NCBI GenBank assembly: GCA_002269645.1
Contig: NIVC01001317.1
Location: 198,529-262,528 of the forward strand
Direction of reading: 5' to 3'
Source: Macrostomum lignano
Lineage: Eukaryota
DNA: 64,000 nt
In this document: piece after piece, positions 13,141 through 26,847 of the stretch
Layout: every line of letters begins with the position of its first letter
Position numbering within the stretch: the stretch's first letter is position 1
The notes under the pieces: generated by a model
Seen by the model: the letters and a program-made list of their open reading frames with translations, nothing else
Database searches by the model: none
Told to the model about the DNA's origin: nothing
Made by a program: the position numbers and the translations under genes

Positions 13141-14326
13141 ATCAGACACTAAGGCAGACACTGAGACAGACACTGAGACAGACACTGGGACAGACACTGG
13201 GACAGACACTGAGACAGACACTGAGACAGACACTGAGACAGACACTGAGACAGACACTAAGGCAGACACTAAGGCAGACACTGAGGCAGACACTAAGGCA
13301 GACACTAAGGCAGACACTAAGGCAGACACTAAGGCAGACACTAAGGCAGACACTAAGGCAGACACTAAGACAGACACTGAGGCAGACACTAAGGCAGACA
13401 CTGAGGCAGACACTAAGACAGACACTAAGGCAGACACTGAGACAGACACTGAAACAGACACTAAGGCAGACACTGAGGCAGACACTAAGGCAGACACTGA
13501 GGCAGACACTAAGACAGACACTAAGGCAGACACTAAGGCAGACACTAAGGCAGACACTAAGGCAGACACTAAGGCAGACACTAAGGCAGACACTAAGGCA
13601 GACACTAAGGCAGACACTAAGGCAGACACTAAAGCAGACACTAAGGCAGACACTAAGGCAGACACTAAGGCAGACACTAAGGCAGACACTGAGGCAGACA
13701 CTAAGGCAGACACTAAGGCAGACACTAAGGCAGACACTAAGGCAGACACTAAGGCAGACACTAAGGCAGACACTAAGACAGACACTGAGGCAGACACTAA
13801 GGCAGACACTGAGGCAGACACTAAGACAGACACTAAGGCAGACACTGAGACAGACACTGAAACAGACACTAAGGCAGACACTGAGGCAGACACTAAGGCA
13901 GACACTAAGGCAGACACTAAGACAGACACTAAGGCAGACACTGAGACACACACTAAGGCAGACACTAAGGCAGACACTGAGACAGACACTAAGGCAGACA
14001 CTAAGGCAGACACTGAGACAGACACTGAGACAGACACTGGGACAGACACTGGGACAGACACTGAGACAGACACTAAGGCAGACACTAAGGCAGACACTAA
14101 GGCAGACACTAAGGCAGACACTAAGGCAGACACTAAGGCAGACACTAAGGCAGACACTAAGGCAGACACTAAGGCAGACACTAAGGCAGACACTAAGGCA
14201 GACACTAAGGCAGACACTAAGGCAGACACTAAGGCAGACACTAAGGCAGACACTAAGGCAGACACTAAGGCAGACACTAAGGCAGACACTAAGGCAGACA
14301 CTAAGGCAGACACTAAGGCAGACACA
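13141..14326. repeat. 12-bp minisatellite (gacactaaggca), about 99 units
   Basis: Direct reading; source of the DTKA/QTLR/SALV ORFs. Confidence 0.97.
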
Positions 14327-14839
14327 AGGACAAAATTCTCAAGCAATCAGAGGCAACTCCCAGCACCCGTTACCACCGATTTATGCTAACTTTGGGACAA
14401 TTTCTGTCAGGAATTCCCCCCCCCCCATCAGCCGCCGGGTCTCCGGGCAAATATTTTGCCGTTCGCTACCTCCGAGCTCGGACTCGGAGTGACTCAGACC
14501 GAGCCCGGTGTCCCACGGGAATCGGGTGGATTTCTGTATTTCATATCCCCACCCAGACCAGTTGGCGGCACTGTTTGCCAACAACAAGCCGGACTCAAGC
14601 TACTCAGACTCTGCTTCTGGGGAGCAGACAGACAATTGGCCTTGTTAGGTGCAGCCAGGAGCGGAGCAATTAGCAAAAAAGTTACTTTTACCCTCGCGAC
14701 CACAGCCTGGCCGCTTGAATCCCAAAATCTCGGGAGCTGGTGCCGGCTGGAGTTACGCAACAGAGCGAGAAAAATTAGCAAAAAGTCGCTTGATTCAATT
14801 TACTCGCGAAATAGGTTGCTAAATTGGAGCATACGACAT

Positions 14840-14889
14840 CGACAGACAGACAGACAGACAGGCAGACAGACATACAGACAGACAGACAT

Positions 14890-14924
<35 letters not shown>

Positions 14925-14925
14925 C

Positions 14926-14956
<31 letters not shown>
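14840..14956. repeat. (GACA)n microsatellite
   Basis: Direct reading. Confidence 0.95.
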
Positions 14957-15707
14957 CTAAAGGTCCCGGGTTCGATTCGGTGGCTTGGCCAAATTCATTT
15001 TGGATTGAGCGCGTACAGTTGGCCCTGTGTGAGTGTCTGCCTGATTGCCCACCCTGAAAAAATAACCATGCAACGCAACATATCGGCAGGCAACGGCATT
15101 ATCGCCATTAACTCTCTCCCTTCTCTCGATAGCCTATAATTGTTCTCATTAGTGTCAAAACGAAGGGAGAGTCGCCCAGTTTCAGAAGCATTCAAATTTT
15201 TAATTCATCAATCTTGCCAGCATTGAACAGATGGATAAAAATGTTGGTAGGAAACAGCGAGCTGCAGGCCCACTCCGATGTAGTAGACTAGTAGTCCCAG
15301 CTGCATCAATCATGCAAACCCACCCCAAGCTCCACCTCCGCGCCATAGCCCTCTAACTGAGTTTTTAGAATAAAATAATTTCAATAGGATGAGGCCAAAC
15401 ACGTCAGCTTGCAAACGATTGGTAAAATTCTGATCCTGCAGCAACACGATTGCTTGTAAAAAGTCTACCTTCTGCGAGATGGAACTCACGCCGCTGTGAT
15501 ATGGAAGCAACTGGTGGTGCGCCACCCCCTCTACTCTTTGCTCATCATTTCCGTGTCCCCCTAGTGCTCAGATGAATATTAAATTTGGTTTCTACCTCAG
15601 GCCTGAGCACTCATCAGCATGGCAAGCTTTGGGACTTACGGGTTGGGTGCAGGTGGCTTTTGGGCATTGTTTTACAGGAATGACAACTGTCTGTGTACCG
15701 GTCTGAA

Positions 15708-17468
15708 TCTCACTCTCCCAGTGTGTGCATCTCACTCTCCCAGTGTGTGCATCTCACTCTCCCAGTGTGTGCATCTCACTCTCCCAGTGTGTGCATCTCA
15801 CTCTCCTGCAGTGTGTGCACCTCACTCTCCTGCGGTGTGTGCATCTCACTCTCCTGCAGTGTGTGCATCTCACTCTCCTGCAGTGTGTGCATCTCACTCT
15901 CCTGCAGTGTGTGCATCTCACTCTCCCAGTGTGTGCATCTCATTCTCCTCCAGTGTGTGCATCTAACTCTCCCAGTGTGTGCATCTCACTCTCCTGCAGT
16001 GTGTGCATCTCACTCTCCTGCAGTGTGTGCATCTCACTCTCCTGCGGTGTGTGCATCTCACTCTCCCAGTGAGTGGTATCTCACTCTCCCAGTGTGTGCA
16101 TCTCACTCTCCCAGTGTGTGCATCCCACTCTCCTGCAGTGTGTGCACCTCACTCTCCTGCGGTGTGTGCATCTCACTCTCCTGCAGTGTGTGCATCTCAC
16201 TCTCCTGCAGTGTGTACATCTCACTCTCCCAGTGAGTGGTATCTCACTCTCCTGCAGTGTGTGCACCTCACTCTCCTGCGGTGTGTGCATCTCACTCTCC
16301 TGCAGTGTGTGCATCTCACTCTCCCAGTGTGTGCATCTCATTCTCCTCCAGTGTGTGCATCTCACTCTCCCAGTGTGTGCATCTCACTCTCCTGCGGTGT
16401 GTGCATCTCACTCTCCCAGTGTGTGCACCTCACTCTCCCAGTGTGTGCATCTCACTCTCCCAGTGTGTGGTATCTCACTCTCCCAGTGTGTGCATCTCAC
16501 TCTCCTGCAGTGTGTGCATCTCACTCTCCCAGTGTGTGCATCTCACTCTCCCAGTTAGTGGTATCTCACTCTCCCAGTGTGTGCATCTCACTCTCCTGCG
16601 GTGTGTGCATCTCACTCTCCCAGTGTGTGGTATCTCACTCTCCCAGTGTGTGCATCTCACTCTCCTGCAGTGTGTGCATCTCACTCTCCCAGTGTGTGCA
16701 TCTCACTCTCCCAGTTAGTGGTATCTCACTCTCCCAGTGTGTGCATCTCACTCTCCTGCAGTGTGTGCATCTCACTCTCCCAGTGTGTGCATCCCACTCT
16801 CCTGCAGTGTGTGCATCTCACTCTCCTGCAGTGTGTGCACCTCACTCTCCTGCAGTGTGTGCATCTCACTCTCCCAGTGTGTGCATCTCATTCTCCTCCA
16901 GTGTGTGCATCTCACTCTCCCAGTGTGTGCATCTCACTCTCCTGCGGTGTGTGCATCTCACTCTCCCAGTGTGTGCACCTCACTCTCCCAGTGTGTGCAT
17001 CTCACTCTCCCAGTGTGTGGTATCTCACTCTCCCAGTGTGTGCATCTCACTCTCCTGCAGTGTGTGCACCTCACTCTCCCAGTGTGTGCATCTCACTCTC
17101 CCAGTTAGTGGTATCTCACTCTCCCAGTGTGTGCATCTCACTCTCCTGCGGTGTGTGCATCTCACTCTCCCAGTGTGTGGTATCTCACTCTCCCAGTGTG
17201 TGCATCTCACTCTCCTGCAGTGTGTGCATCTCACTCTCCCAGTGTGTGCATCTCACTCTCCCAGTTAGTGGTATCTCACTCTCCCAGTGTGTGCATCTCA
17301 CTCTCCTGCAGTGTGTGCATCTCACTCTCCCAGTGTGTGCATCCCACTCTCCTGCAGTGTGTGCATCTCACTCTCCTGCAGTGTGTGCACCTCACTCTCC
17401 CAGTGTGTGCATCCCACTCTCCTGCAGTGTGTGCATCCCACTCTCCTGCAGTGTGTGCATCTCACTCT
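15708..17468. repeat. 22/24-bp minisatellite (gtgtgtgcatctcactctcc[tg]ca)
   Basis: About 75 units; the gttagtggtatc variant recurs with about 160- and 550-bp spacing. Confidence 0.97.
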
Positions 17469-18043
17469 CAAAGTAAACCTTCGCCTATCAGAGTGAAAAT
17501 GAGCAAAATATGAAAATTCCTTAATTCTCAAAAGTGCTCTGAAAATTAGGCTAATTCTGTTGAACCAGCATCGGCGCTGTGGAAGCCGTGACAAAAGTCC
17601 AACTCCCATGCCGCAAGCGCTACCTTCTGAATTAGAAGAAAAAACGTTCAAGAAATCGAATAACTCGGTCCCATTGTTAAGCCAAAGTTCTAAACTGCAA
17701 ATTGATTTCTGTATCGAGCTGCTGGCTGAGCAGTGACTGAGCAGTGCCGCTGCATCAGACTGCTCTGGGAGTCTGTGTTAGCCGCACCAGTACGGATGCA
17801 GCGCTTCACCGCGGGGTCGCTTCGGGCATCGATCGGTTGGGAGTGGCGCGGACTTTTTCCTCCTCAGTGGCTGCTGCAGCAGAGGTTGCTCGAAACGGCG
17901 ATGGAATTTCTTCCCTAAGGGCTCGTTACCGTTGGTTAGTTAGTGAAATATTTTTCAACTGCTGTCTGTCTGCTCACTCGACTGTGCTCAGGTCCTATCG
18001 ATGCGAGGGAGGGAGAGAAAGGGAACACAGCCGAGAAGATAAA

Positions 18044-18060
18044 CAGACAGACAGACAGAA

Positions 18061-18127
<67 letters not shown>

Positions 18128-18136
18128 GACAGACAT
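18044..18136. repeat. (GACA)n microsatellite
   Basis: Direct reading. Confidence 0.95.
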
Positions 18137-20402
18137 AACTAATTAATGCCTTACCCAGGGGAACTGGATTGCCATAGTTTAGATAGCCAGGCGCAGAACT
18201 AACCAATGACTTGAACCCTTTGCGCGCGCAGAGCTGTAGAGACTGAACGGGGAAGTCACGGCAGTTCAACCCGCAGCTCCTTCAGCTGTCATCAACATCG
18301 GGTCAAGTGGCCAAATCTGTGGATGGATGGCGTTGGCCTGCTAGAGAATCGGTTAGCTGCTGCCGCTACTGCTGTTGGGGTCGCGGCCTCGCTTAGCCAG
18401 TGGGAGAGTTCCCGACCCCGTGCAGCAGAGGGGACAATTAGAGAGACTGCCAATCATTTGGGGAGTTACGCTTTGAGACAGACATCCCATCAATGAGACG
18501 CGAGAACGGACGCGTTGACCTTTCATTGTCTGGTTTGAGGCGTTTCTTTATTCCCGGCGAAGCCAACGGCTGGCTTCCCTGGAGTGTCAGGCCGGTTGTT
18601 ATGCAACAGCATTCGTGTCAAGTTCAGTTTCAAGTGGCCTGTATTCGTCAACAACCAATTCTGTTCGCTGATAAATATCTGAGTCTGTGGGATTTTGTGA
18701 AACACTTTATCCGTGCTTTGGCTGCAGGGAACCCGAAACCGGTCCCGTACAGGTCCTGTTCCACCTTTTCAAAACAAGACGAAACAAGTTTGCAGTCTCC
18801 TCAGATTTCTCCCAGCGGGTGTTGGTTTGTTGCACCTGTCAGTCTCACAGCCTTGCCACTTCTTTTTAACAAGGAAAAATTAGCGGGGAAAGTGTTTCAA
18901 CATGGGCTCGGTGGTCTCTTCTGCTGCTGGGGCTTGGCGGGCGTGTTATCTCAACAAACACAGCTTCAGCAATCCCCATTTGCCTCCTTGGATGGCGCGC
19001 TCTGGAGGTCTCTAGAAATTGAAATAAAAAAATCTTTTCAACAAGCCAAGACTCTTAATTGGGCTCTCGTTCCTCTAGGCTCAGCAACGCTACACTTTCG
19101 TCCTGTGCTCTCCCGTCTCCGCTTGGTCGCCCCTCCATAGGCGGCAGCCCATAAGGCCTTGAGACCCGAGACAATGATCAGTTGCCAGGCCGCAAATACC
19201 TAAATTGGAGCTCGAAGCCGCAATCTCCTCGCTTGATCTCTCGGCCTGTGCGACCTGCTGCGCCCCCCTCCCCTGCTGTCGACCCGTTGCGCAATCAGCC
19301 ACTTGAGAGCCAATTAAGCTGCTCAAATACACGCTGCCGCCGAATTGTGACAGGGGGGGGGGGGCGGGCGGTGGCTCTCTTCTTGCTTGTCTGCTTCTTC
19401 TAGGAGAAGATTTCTCTCTCTCTCTCTCACATTGCAAATCCAAGCAGCCGAGACGCTTAGGCTGGGACTTGATTTCCGCGTCAGAGAGCACGTGAAAATC
19501 AGCTGCCATCAGAGCAGCTCAGCTCTGTTAGAGGCCTCTGAGCTAATCATAATATGCCAGGTCCAGCCTGGATTGACCGCTGGCCTCGCTTACTTGTCCG
19601 TCTGCCAGCCTGCGCTCATTCACAGTTGATTAAAAATTCCTGTGAACTGCTCGTTCAAGTGTGAGAACAGCACTTCCCTCCCCTCCCCGTCTGTCTGTCT
19701 GCGTCTTGATGCTTCTCTCCCAATCCGACGTCCTTCTAATCCTCTCCCATTTGGTCTCACTTCCGGCTGCCGCCATCCGGCCAGGCAAGAACTGTGTCGC
19801 TAAGTCGGCCGGTGCGACCGCTCAACCCCCAGGCAGTTGCACACTTTGTCCGTATTGTTTTCCTTGAAGTCAAACTATCTAGCGAATTCGTTTGTTGTCT
19901 TTTTCTTCTAGTAGAGGACAAATTTCTACAGGAAATTGACAAATTTAAAAGCCAAAGCCTAAAGTCTGATGCAGAATCCGTCTTTCAGTCCCACCTACCT
20001 CGGGTTTTTGCCGCTGAAGGAAATCCTGTTTAGCTGCTGTTTGCTGTTGTTAAGATGCGATTCCATAAACGAGAGGATCTGCTGTCAGCAACTGGTAGTG
20101 GGGACTGCGGAGGCTTCAACACACCCACATCATCGCCAGCTGCAGCACTGTCACTGCAAATTAGCACACTCATTAGCTTTGTTATTTTTTTAGTGGCAAG
20201 CCTCACCGTCTCCCGGCTTTTATCCCAGTAAGCTTCCGTTCTTCATAGGTTTCAGCGAATAAAAGTACAGACTAAATTCAGATATTGAAAGATCACCTGA
20301 ATTTAAAAGCAATTCGTTCGATGTCTCCTATCCTTTCAGAACTCAGCCAAACCCTGACAAAGACTCGCTAAAAATAACCCGATCGGCAGCTCAGAGGCAG
20401 TC

Positions 20403-23297
20403 ATGCGACCGCCTCAGCCTCTCGGCCTCATCAAATCAGGCTCCGATGTTGCTCTCCTCTTCATCCTGCTAAGCCTTGGCCGCCCCAGCCCCGTGCGGAC
20501 AGCCGCAGACGTTGCCTTCAGCGTGGCGGAGGAGACGCCCAGCCAGGCCAGCATCGGCAACCTCTTGAAGAGTCTGGGCGGCGGCGGTGGCACCTTCAGA
20601 ATCGTGCCTCAGTCGCCCTACTTCACGGTGGACAAGGACGGCCATGTCCGGGTCAGCCGGCCCATCGACCGCGAGGACCCGGCCGCCTGTCCGGGTTCGC
20701 CACCCTGCGTCGTGGAGTTTAACGCCTTTCGCGGAGCCGACCGCGTCCTGGTCCGCATCACCGTCGAGGACATCAACGACAACGAGCCAGTGTTCAAGGA
20801 CGCACAGAAGGTGCTGTCAATCGAGGAGGGCGACACCCGGTTCAGCCATCCGCTTGATCAGGCGACGGACGCTGACATCGGAGACAACGGCATGGCGAGG
20901 AAGGGCAGCTACTACCTCACTGACAACGGTGGTGGAGCTTTCGCTCTGGACACGAGTATCCCGGGCTTCCTGAGCCTGGTGCTGAACCCCACCAGCCCGC
21001 CTGTGATTGACTACGAGGAGCAGAAACAGTACAACCTGACCCTCACTGCCTGCGACGGCGGTCGGGAGCCGCGCTGCGGCCACCAGCGCCTCATCGTGCA
21101 GGTGAAGGACCGCAACGATAACGCGCCCAACGTGACGGCGGTGCGAGTGCAGGACGTGCCGGAGACGCTCAACATCGGCGGTCTGGTGGCCACCATCGAG
21201 GCGCACGATAGGGACAGCGGGTCGAACGGTCGGCTGGAGTTCGCCATCCTGGACCCGGAACTAGCCAACCTGCTAGACGTGGACCGGGCGGGCCGGGTGA
21301 CACTCCGACGACCGTTGAACGCGAAGACTCGCAGCAGCTACGAGGTCGGGGTGCTCGTCTCGGACGGTGGCAACCCCAGCAAGCGCACTCTGGCCAAGTT
21401 CAGCTTCCGCGTCATCGATGCGAATGACCACGAGCCAGCGATCAACATCATACCGATGACAGACAACAGCGACCGAATAGTGATATCTGAGAACGTCGCA
21501 CCGGCCTATCTAGCTCTGGTGGTTGTCTCCGACGACGATCTGGGCGAGAACGCTCGGGTCGAATGCAAACTGGCCGGCAGTCCCGCCGAGAGGCGCTTCT
21601 TTCAGCTGGACGGCAGCGACAAGGGTGGCTACACCCTCAAGCTCGTTGTCGCCGTCGACTACGAGGAGCGGCGCAAAATCTCCGTGCGCATCGACTGTCG
21701 CGACTTTGGCCAGCCGATGCAGAACTCCAGCCAAAACGTGCCGGTGTTCATCAGGGGCGTCAACGAGTTCGAGCCGCAGTTTTCCGTGACCAACTACTTC
21801 AACGCGATGAAGGAGACGTACGGAAACAGTGGGAACAACATTGGCGAGTCGGTCTTCAGTCTGATGGCCACGGATCGTGACAGGGACGATTCGTTGACTT
21901 TCGAGCTGCAAGACGCAGCAGCGATGGCCCTGTTCGAGGTGCGCACTGAGGCGTCGCTGTTTGACGAAGGTCTGGCGGCCACCGTCGGCCAGGCGCAGCT
22001 GCGAGTTCGGTCCACCGTAGACAGAGACACGATGGACCCGAGCACCGGGGATCTCATGCAATTCGTTGTGGTTCTGCGGGACGCCCAAGGCTTCAACGGC
22101 ACGCAGCACAGCGCCAGCGTCACCCTCACTCTCAGTGTGATTGACGTGAACGATAATCCCCCGATAATCCAACCGCCTCTGGTGTTCCGACTACGCGAGA
22201 ACTGCCCGATGGAGACTCCAGCTCTGTCCTGGCCAACCGGTGCGGACCGACTGGCTCACCGGGACCCGGACCAGGGCATCAACGCCGACGTCTTCTACCG
22301 GCTGCTCTCCGTGGTCGGCAGGCGCCCCCCGGCCAAGGACTACTTGGACTCGCGCAGGTTCCTGCTTGATCCCGAGGTGGCCTTCAGCGATCCGAAACAG
22401 TGGCCGATTAGCCTCAGCGAGAACGGCGTCATCTCCAGTCGCGGCCACCTCGACCGAGAGACTTATGAATCGTTCGCGCTCACCGTCATGGCTTACAACC
22501 GGGCCGCCCCGCAGCCGCTGAACTCCACGGCGCACATCACCGTGGAACTCGTTGACGAGAACGACAACGATCCCGAATGGGTTTTTCCAAGCAACACCGA
22601 CTTTGTGGTTAACTACACTTTCTCTAGCGACCTGGTCGAGGTCACTCGAGTTGAAGCTCGCGACCGGGATTCGCTCAGCAACGTGACCTACTCGCTGGCG
22701 GGCGGATCCGGTGGAGTGTTCTCGCTGGACCGGCTGTCCGGCAGGCTGAGGCCGCTGCGCCCGCCGCAGCCGGGCAGGTACGAGCTGTCCCTGCGCGCTG
22801 ACGACAACGGGCCGATCAACCGCGTGGCCTACGCCCGCTTGGTTGTCAACGCGGTGCGCCTTCCCGGCCACGGCATCGGCCAGCTGCGCGACGCACAGGC
22901 CAACCTGGCGATCATCGTTGCCATGGTGATAGCCACCGCGGTGATCAGCGTGGTCCTGGTCCTGGCCATCGTCTGCGTCCGGCGTCGCGGACGCGGAAAC
23001 GATTACGACATCTCGCCAGCCGGGGACATCTTAATGGCAACTGGGCCGGGATGTCGGGCTGGCGGCAGCAGCTCGGGCGGTTGCGGAGTCGGCTGCGACA
23101 AGGACATCAGCGGAGTCGGCGGCGGTGGCTGCTGCCAGTGCGACGAGGCCGAGTCAGCGGCAGCCTACGGCAGGCTCTGCGGCGGGATCGGCGGTCCGGC
23201 GAACGGCTTGCATCATCACCAGTTCGCTCTGACAACATTCAACCAGGCTGGCAGCGCGTGCGAGCTCAGGCCGCAAATGATGGAGCTGAGAAATGAG
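20403..23297 (+). CDS. PCDH: Protocadherin coding exon 1: signal peptide, 7 cadherin repeats, TM helix, start of cytoplasmic tail (965 codons)
   Basis: Repeated DxNDN, DRE and DxD motifs; C-X5-C (CPGSPPC) in EC1; hydrophobic LAIIVAMVIATAVISVVLVLAIVCV; donor GAG|gtgagc at 23297/23298; high GC3. Confidence 0.95.
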
Positions 23298-24421
23298 GTG
23301 AGCAGCTGGGATTCGATTCAGTCTAATGCGCTTCTAAAAATAGAATCAGTTTCGAGCCCGTTCTTTCAGTGGTTGATCGAAGAGAGGTCAAATTGATTAG
23401 CTGACCCTGAAGAACTTCAATCGGGTCGCTTAAAACCGTTATGTTTTTGCATCGGAGTGGCGCCTTGGACACCTGTTGCTATGCATGAAATTATAGAGTC
23501 ACTTAGGCTACGTGTTCCATTCTGATTTGGCTCATATCTTCGCAGCGCTTCAGACATTCCTAGGCAAAGCGAAATCATTAATAGTAGCTGCCGAGCCTCG
23601 CGAGGTGGCAATCAATTTACCAGCAAATCTTAAATAATCCTTCGAGGCTAAAAAATAATTCCAACATCCTTGATCCTCGCACTCAAGGATTTGGGGGCCC
23701 ACTGACAGCTGACATTTGATTGGCTTCATTGTGCGCTTGTAGTCTTGCGCTGCACTTTCCTCTTTCCTGGCCCTGCCGCTAAGGAGGAAAGCAGATTTCC
23801 CTAACTGGCCCCGAACCTGCGGGGGGTTGAGGGCGAAATTTGCGTAAAATCTTCAGCCTCCTAGCAGCGCTTTTAATCCGCGCCATTCCCCCAGTGGCTG
23901 CCAACTTATCCCGGTAAGATAACAACTGCTGACCAATAATTCTGCCATTTATAGGAATGGGTAAGTGTATAGTAGTATGCTGAGAGCATCACCGCTATTC
24001 GGTGCTGCTGCTTTACGCGCGACTTGCTGTGGACTTTCCTCTGGCCAGGAAAGGGAGATTAATATCGCTGGGCCTCCTTCCTGGGAGGGAAAAACTCTCT
24101 TGTAGAAATACCGGCCTAGCCGAGCGCTGCTTCACCCCTACCGGACGGATAGATGGAAGCCGGGAAAATGCCAAAGCTTATTGGCACGTGAAGACAGAGA
24201 GGCCGGTAGCTGGAATCTGAAGAGTCAGCGCCACTTCCCGCATTGATGATGCTGAGGATGATGAAGCTGCAGAGCCAAGTGCATGCGCCTGCGGGGAAAG
24301 GGCAACACTCGTAGAATTTCGCTGGCTGTCTGGAAGTTTTCTTCCAATTACAGCCGCTAGTCGGAACGATTGACTGACCCGCACCGACTTCCAGGCGCCC
24401 AATTTATTTTTGTCCTCGCAG

Positions 24422-24497
24422 GTGGTGATCAATCAGCAGGATTTGGACGGCGACAGCGCTGATTCGGGACGCGGAGGCAGTGAAGATGATCCCGCTG
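24422..24497 (+). CDS. PCDH: Protocadherin coding exon 2 (VVINQQDLDGDSADSGRGGSEDDPA)
   Basis: tttgtcctcgcag acceptor and gtgagc donor; phases fit both neighbours; DSGRGGS resembles the conserved protocadherin cytoplasmic DSG motif. Confidence 0.85.
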
Positions 24498-24509
24498 GTG
24501 AGCTTGTTG

Positions 24510-24762
24510 TCCTTAGCAACTGGGCCTTAGCAACTGGGCCTTTGCAACTGGTCCTTAGCAACTAGTCCATAGTAACTGTCCCTTAGCAACTGGCCTTTAG
24601 CAACTGTTCATTAGCAACTGGGCCATAGCAACTGGTCCTTAGCAAATGGCCCTTAGCAACTGGTCCATAACAACTGGTCTTTAGCAACTTGGTCATTAGC
24701 AAATTTTCATTGACAACTGACCCTTAGCAACTGGGTCTTAGCTACTGGGCCTTAGCAACTAA
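24510..24762. repeat. About 16-bp intronic minisatellite (cttagcaactgggc)
   Basis: Direct reading; lies in protocadherin intron 2. Confidence 0.9.
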
Positions 24763-24794
24763 GATACCGTGTAAAACCATCGCAATTTTTTCAG

Positions 24795-25169
24795 GCCACC
24801 TGTTTGGCGCCGCAGGCAGGCAGGGGCTTCATCATCACCCAAGTTTCCAGCATCACCACGCCCCTGGCTCCATGGCCATGGCGCTGACCTCTTCGCCGGC
24901 AGTCGCTGGTGGCACCCTGCCGCGGCGGGTCATGACGCCGCAGCTTCAGCATCATCAGCAGCCGCAGCAGCAGCAGCAGCAGCAGCAACACCAGCTTCCC
25001 TTGCCTCAGATGTCGATAAAATCGGCGTCGCGACACCACCAGTACCTGGGCATACCGGAGGAGGAGGGCGTTGTCGATCATTCCGTCGGCTTCCTGCCGC
25101 CGCCGCTGCCGCCGCACGGGGTCGAGCTGCGCCCAGTCGGTCGGCTGCACTCGCCAGCACCGGTGTTCG

Positions 25170-25215
<46 letters not shown>

Positions 25216-25330
25216 GGCCTATGCCACCCTGCCAGTCCGTCAGTCGCCAATGCCTCCTATCAGCGGATCGCCGAGACGCCGTCAGACCGACGACGATGAA
25301 GACGACGACGTCTCCCGGCCGGTCTGCTGA
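24795..25330 (+). CDS. PCDH: Protocadherin coding exon 3, His/Gln/Pro-rich tail with polyQ, stop TGA 25328-25330
   Basis: ttttttcag acceptor; phase 1 joins the frame of ORF 24872-25330; total protein about 1168 aa. Confidence 0.85.
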
Positions 25331-26583
25331 GCCTTGGCGACCCCGACAGCCGCATTGCGTTTCACGGATGTGCAAGGACGTCTGTTGAACAGTTGGACTG
25401 AATTTCTATCAGGGACTGCTTAGGAGTAGACGAGAGAGTACAGAAGTCAAAGATCGTCGGGCGATTCTCGCCCTTGAAGGCGATTCAAAGGGCGTGTGTG
25501 TACACCATGTGTGAGCTTGTGTACACCCTGCGTAAGCTTGTGTGTTTACACCCTGTGTGAGCTTGTACAGCCTGTGTTAGCGTGTGTACGAGTACTCAGT
25601 GGCCAGAGGAATGGGTGAATTGTTAGACTAGAAATCCTACTGTTAGTAGCGCTATAATAATCAATCCTAATAGACAACTATTTCAGGCTATTTCTATTTC
25701 TAATTGATTTTCACAGCTCACGCCAGTCAACGAATTGTATGGAATATTTTGATTAAACTATTTTTTTCTCGGCGTGTAGCATGAAGGCACAGCTAAACTT
25801 GTCAGTCTCACTCTTTGCTTTCTTTGCAACTACAGCGAACTCAGAGTAATTCTCTTTATCGTACTTATAAACTTGTTGTGTCAGTGTCTGTACACTAACA
25901 ATGTACTTTGCTTATGTTCGCGAATGTACACTACACTTAGCTGCGTGAATTGGGTGACTCACCAGTAGACAAAAGTACATTCTGTAAGTTAGCGAAATTT
26001 ATGTACATGCCCTTGATAAGGTACGAAATCTTAGCTTTTCAAATAGCAGCTGTCAATCAAAATGGAAAATGCCAGTCCAGAATTCGATTGCGTTTCTTTG
26101 AATCCGCCCCAAAAATTTTTGTTTTACTAAGCCTACAAAGTTTTGTATAAAAAACTAGCTTAATTTGCTTTAGTAACTGACAGAGTCCGCCACGCAAGGA
26201 TGACTCAGTGCATTCTTCTAAAACCATCTCTGTTTGTTTCTGAACTCAAGGTCTCAGAAAAATTGTAAATCTGTCAATGTCAACTATTGTGTATTGTAAT
26301 TACAATAGAACTATTGGATTTGTTTAAAACACTCGACTGTGTAGCAGAGTTTTTTAAATCGACAAAATTAAAACAAACTTTAAGTTTTTTATGCCGATCA
26401 ATTTATTTATTTGTTTATCGAACATTTTTAGATACTTTTCTAGAATGCTAGCAGATATTTTCTTGTAAAACAGGTGTTTCTGGAACGCAAACATTTAGGC
26501 AGAAAAACTCGCTTCTAACGATGATAGTAGTGCGCTTAGAATATTTTCATTTGACATTATTCGCATTGTTGGTCTTGCTGCTT

Positions 26584-26847
26584 TTATACAGCCAAATAGC
26601 TGCTCCAAGAAGCCGCAGCAGCAGCAGCCAGAGCCAGCAGAGCCGGAAGGCCGCCAGATGGTGAGCCAATTTTGGAGCCGCTCGACGCGAACCGGTCATC
26701 CACAAGTCGACGAACCGTCTTGGGAAAGTCGGTGATCAGGCCGTCGACTTTGGCTTCGGTGGCGAAGAAGTCAGCCTCGGCCCAGCCGTCCTGGCTGAAG
26801 GTCCACGCGATGTACCGGTCCTCGTTGCGGAGGGTCCACACCAGGAC
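26584..26847 (-). CDS. GDPD: Glycerophosphodiester phosphodiesterase exon 3 (VLVWTLRNE...VDGLITDFP, GPI-signal-like C-terminus)
   Basis: WT and DGLITDFP motifs of GDPD; acceptor cccactcccag; hydrophobic tail ALLALAAAAAASWSSYLAV. Confidence 0.9.
   Translation of the reverse strand, partial: VLVWTLRNEDRYIAWTFSQDGWAEADFFATEAKVDGLITDFPKTVRRLVDDRFASSGSKIGSPSGGLPALLALAAAAAASWSSYLAV

Noticed and set aside
12908-14492. 493-, 460- and 422-aa ORFs (DTKA / QTLR / SALV repeats)
   Set aside because: A 12-bp unit without stops opens several frames on both strands; the flanks have no domain or codon signal.
14960-14990. tRNA T-loop/B-box-like ggtcccgggttcgattc
   Set aside because: No cloverleaf or A-box; at most a SINE relic.
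15619-17513. Cys/His-rich ORFs (CASHSP, QCVHLTL)
   Set aside because: Minisatellite translations, not metal-binding proteins.
20587-23296. Overlapping and antisense ORFs within the protocadherin (similar ones overlap GDPD, TNFAIP8 and KChIP)
   Set aside because: Shadow ORFs of GC-rich coding sequence.
23298-23396. Extension of the 997-aa protocadherin ORF to 23396
   Set aside because: Read-through into intron 1; the donor at 23298 and in-phase exons 2-3 give a better model.
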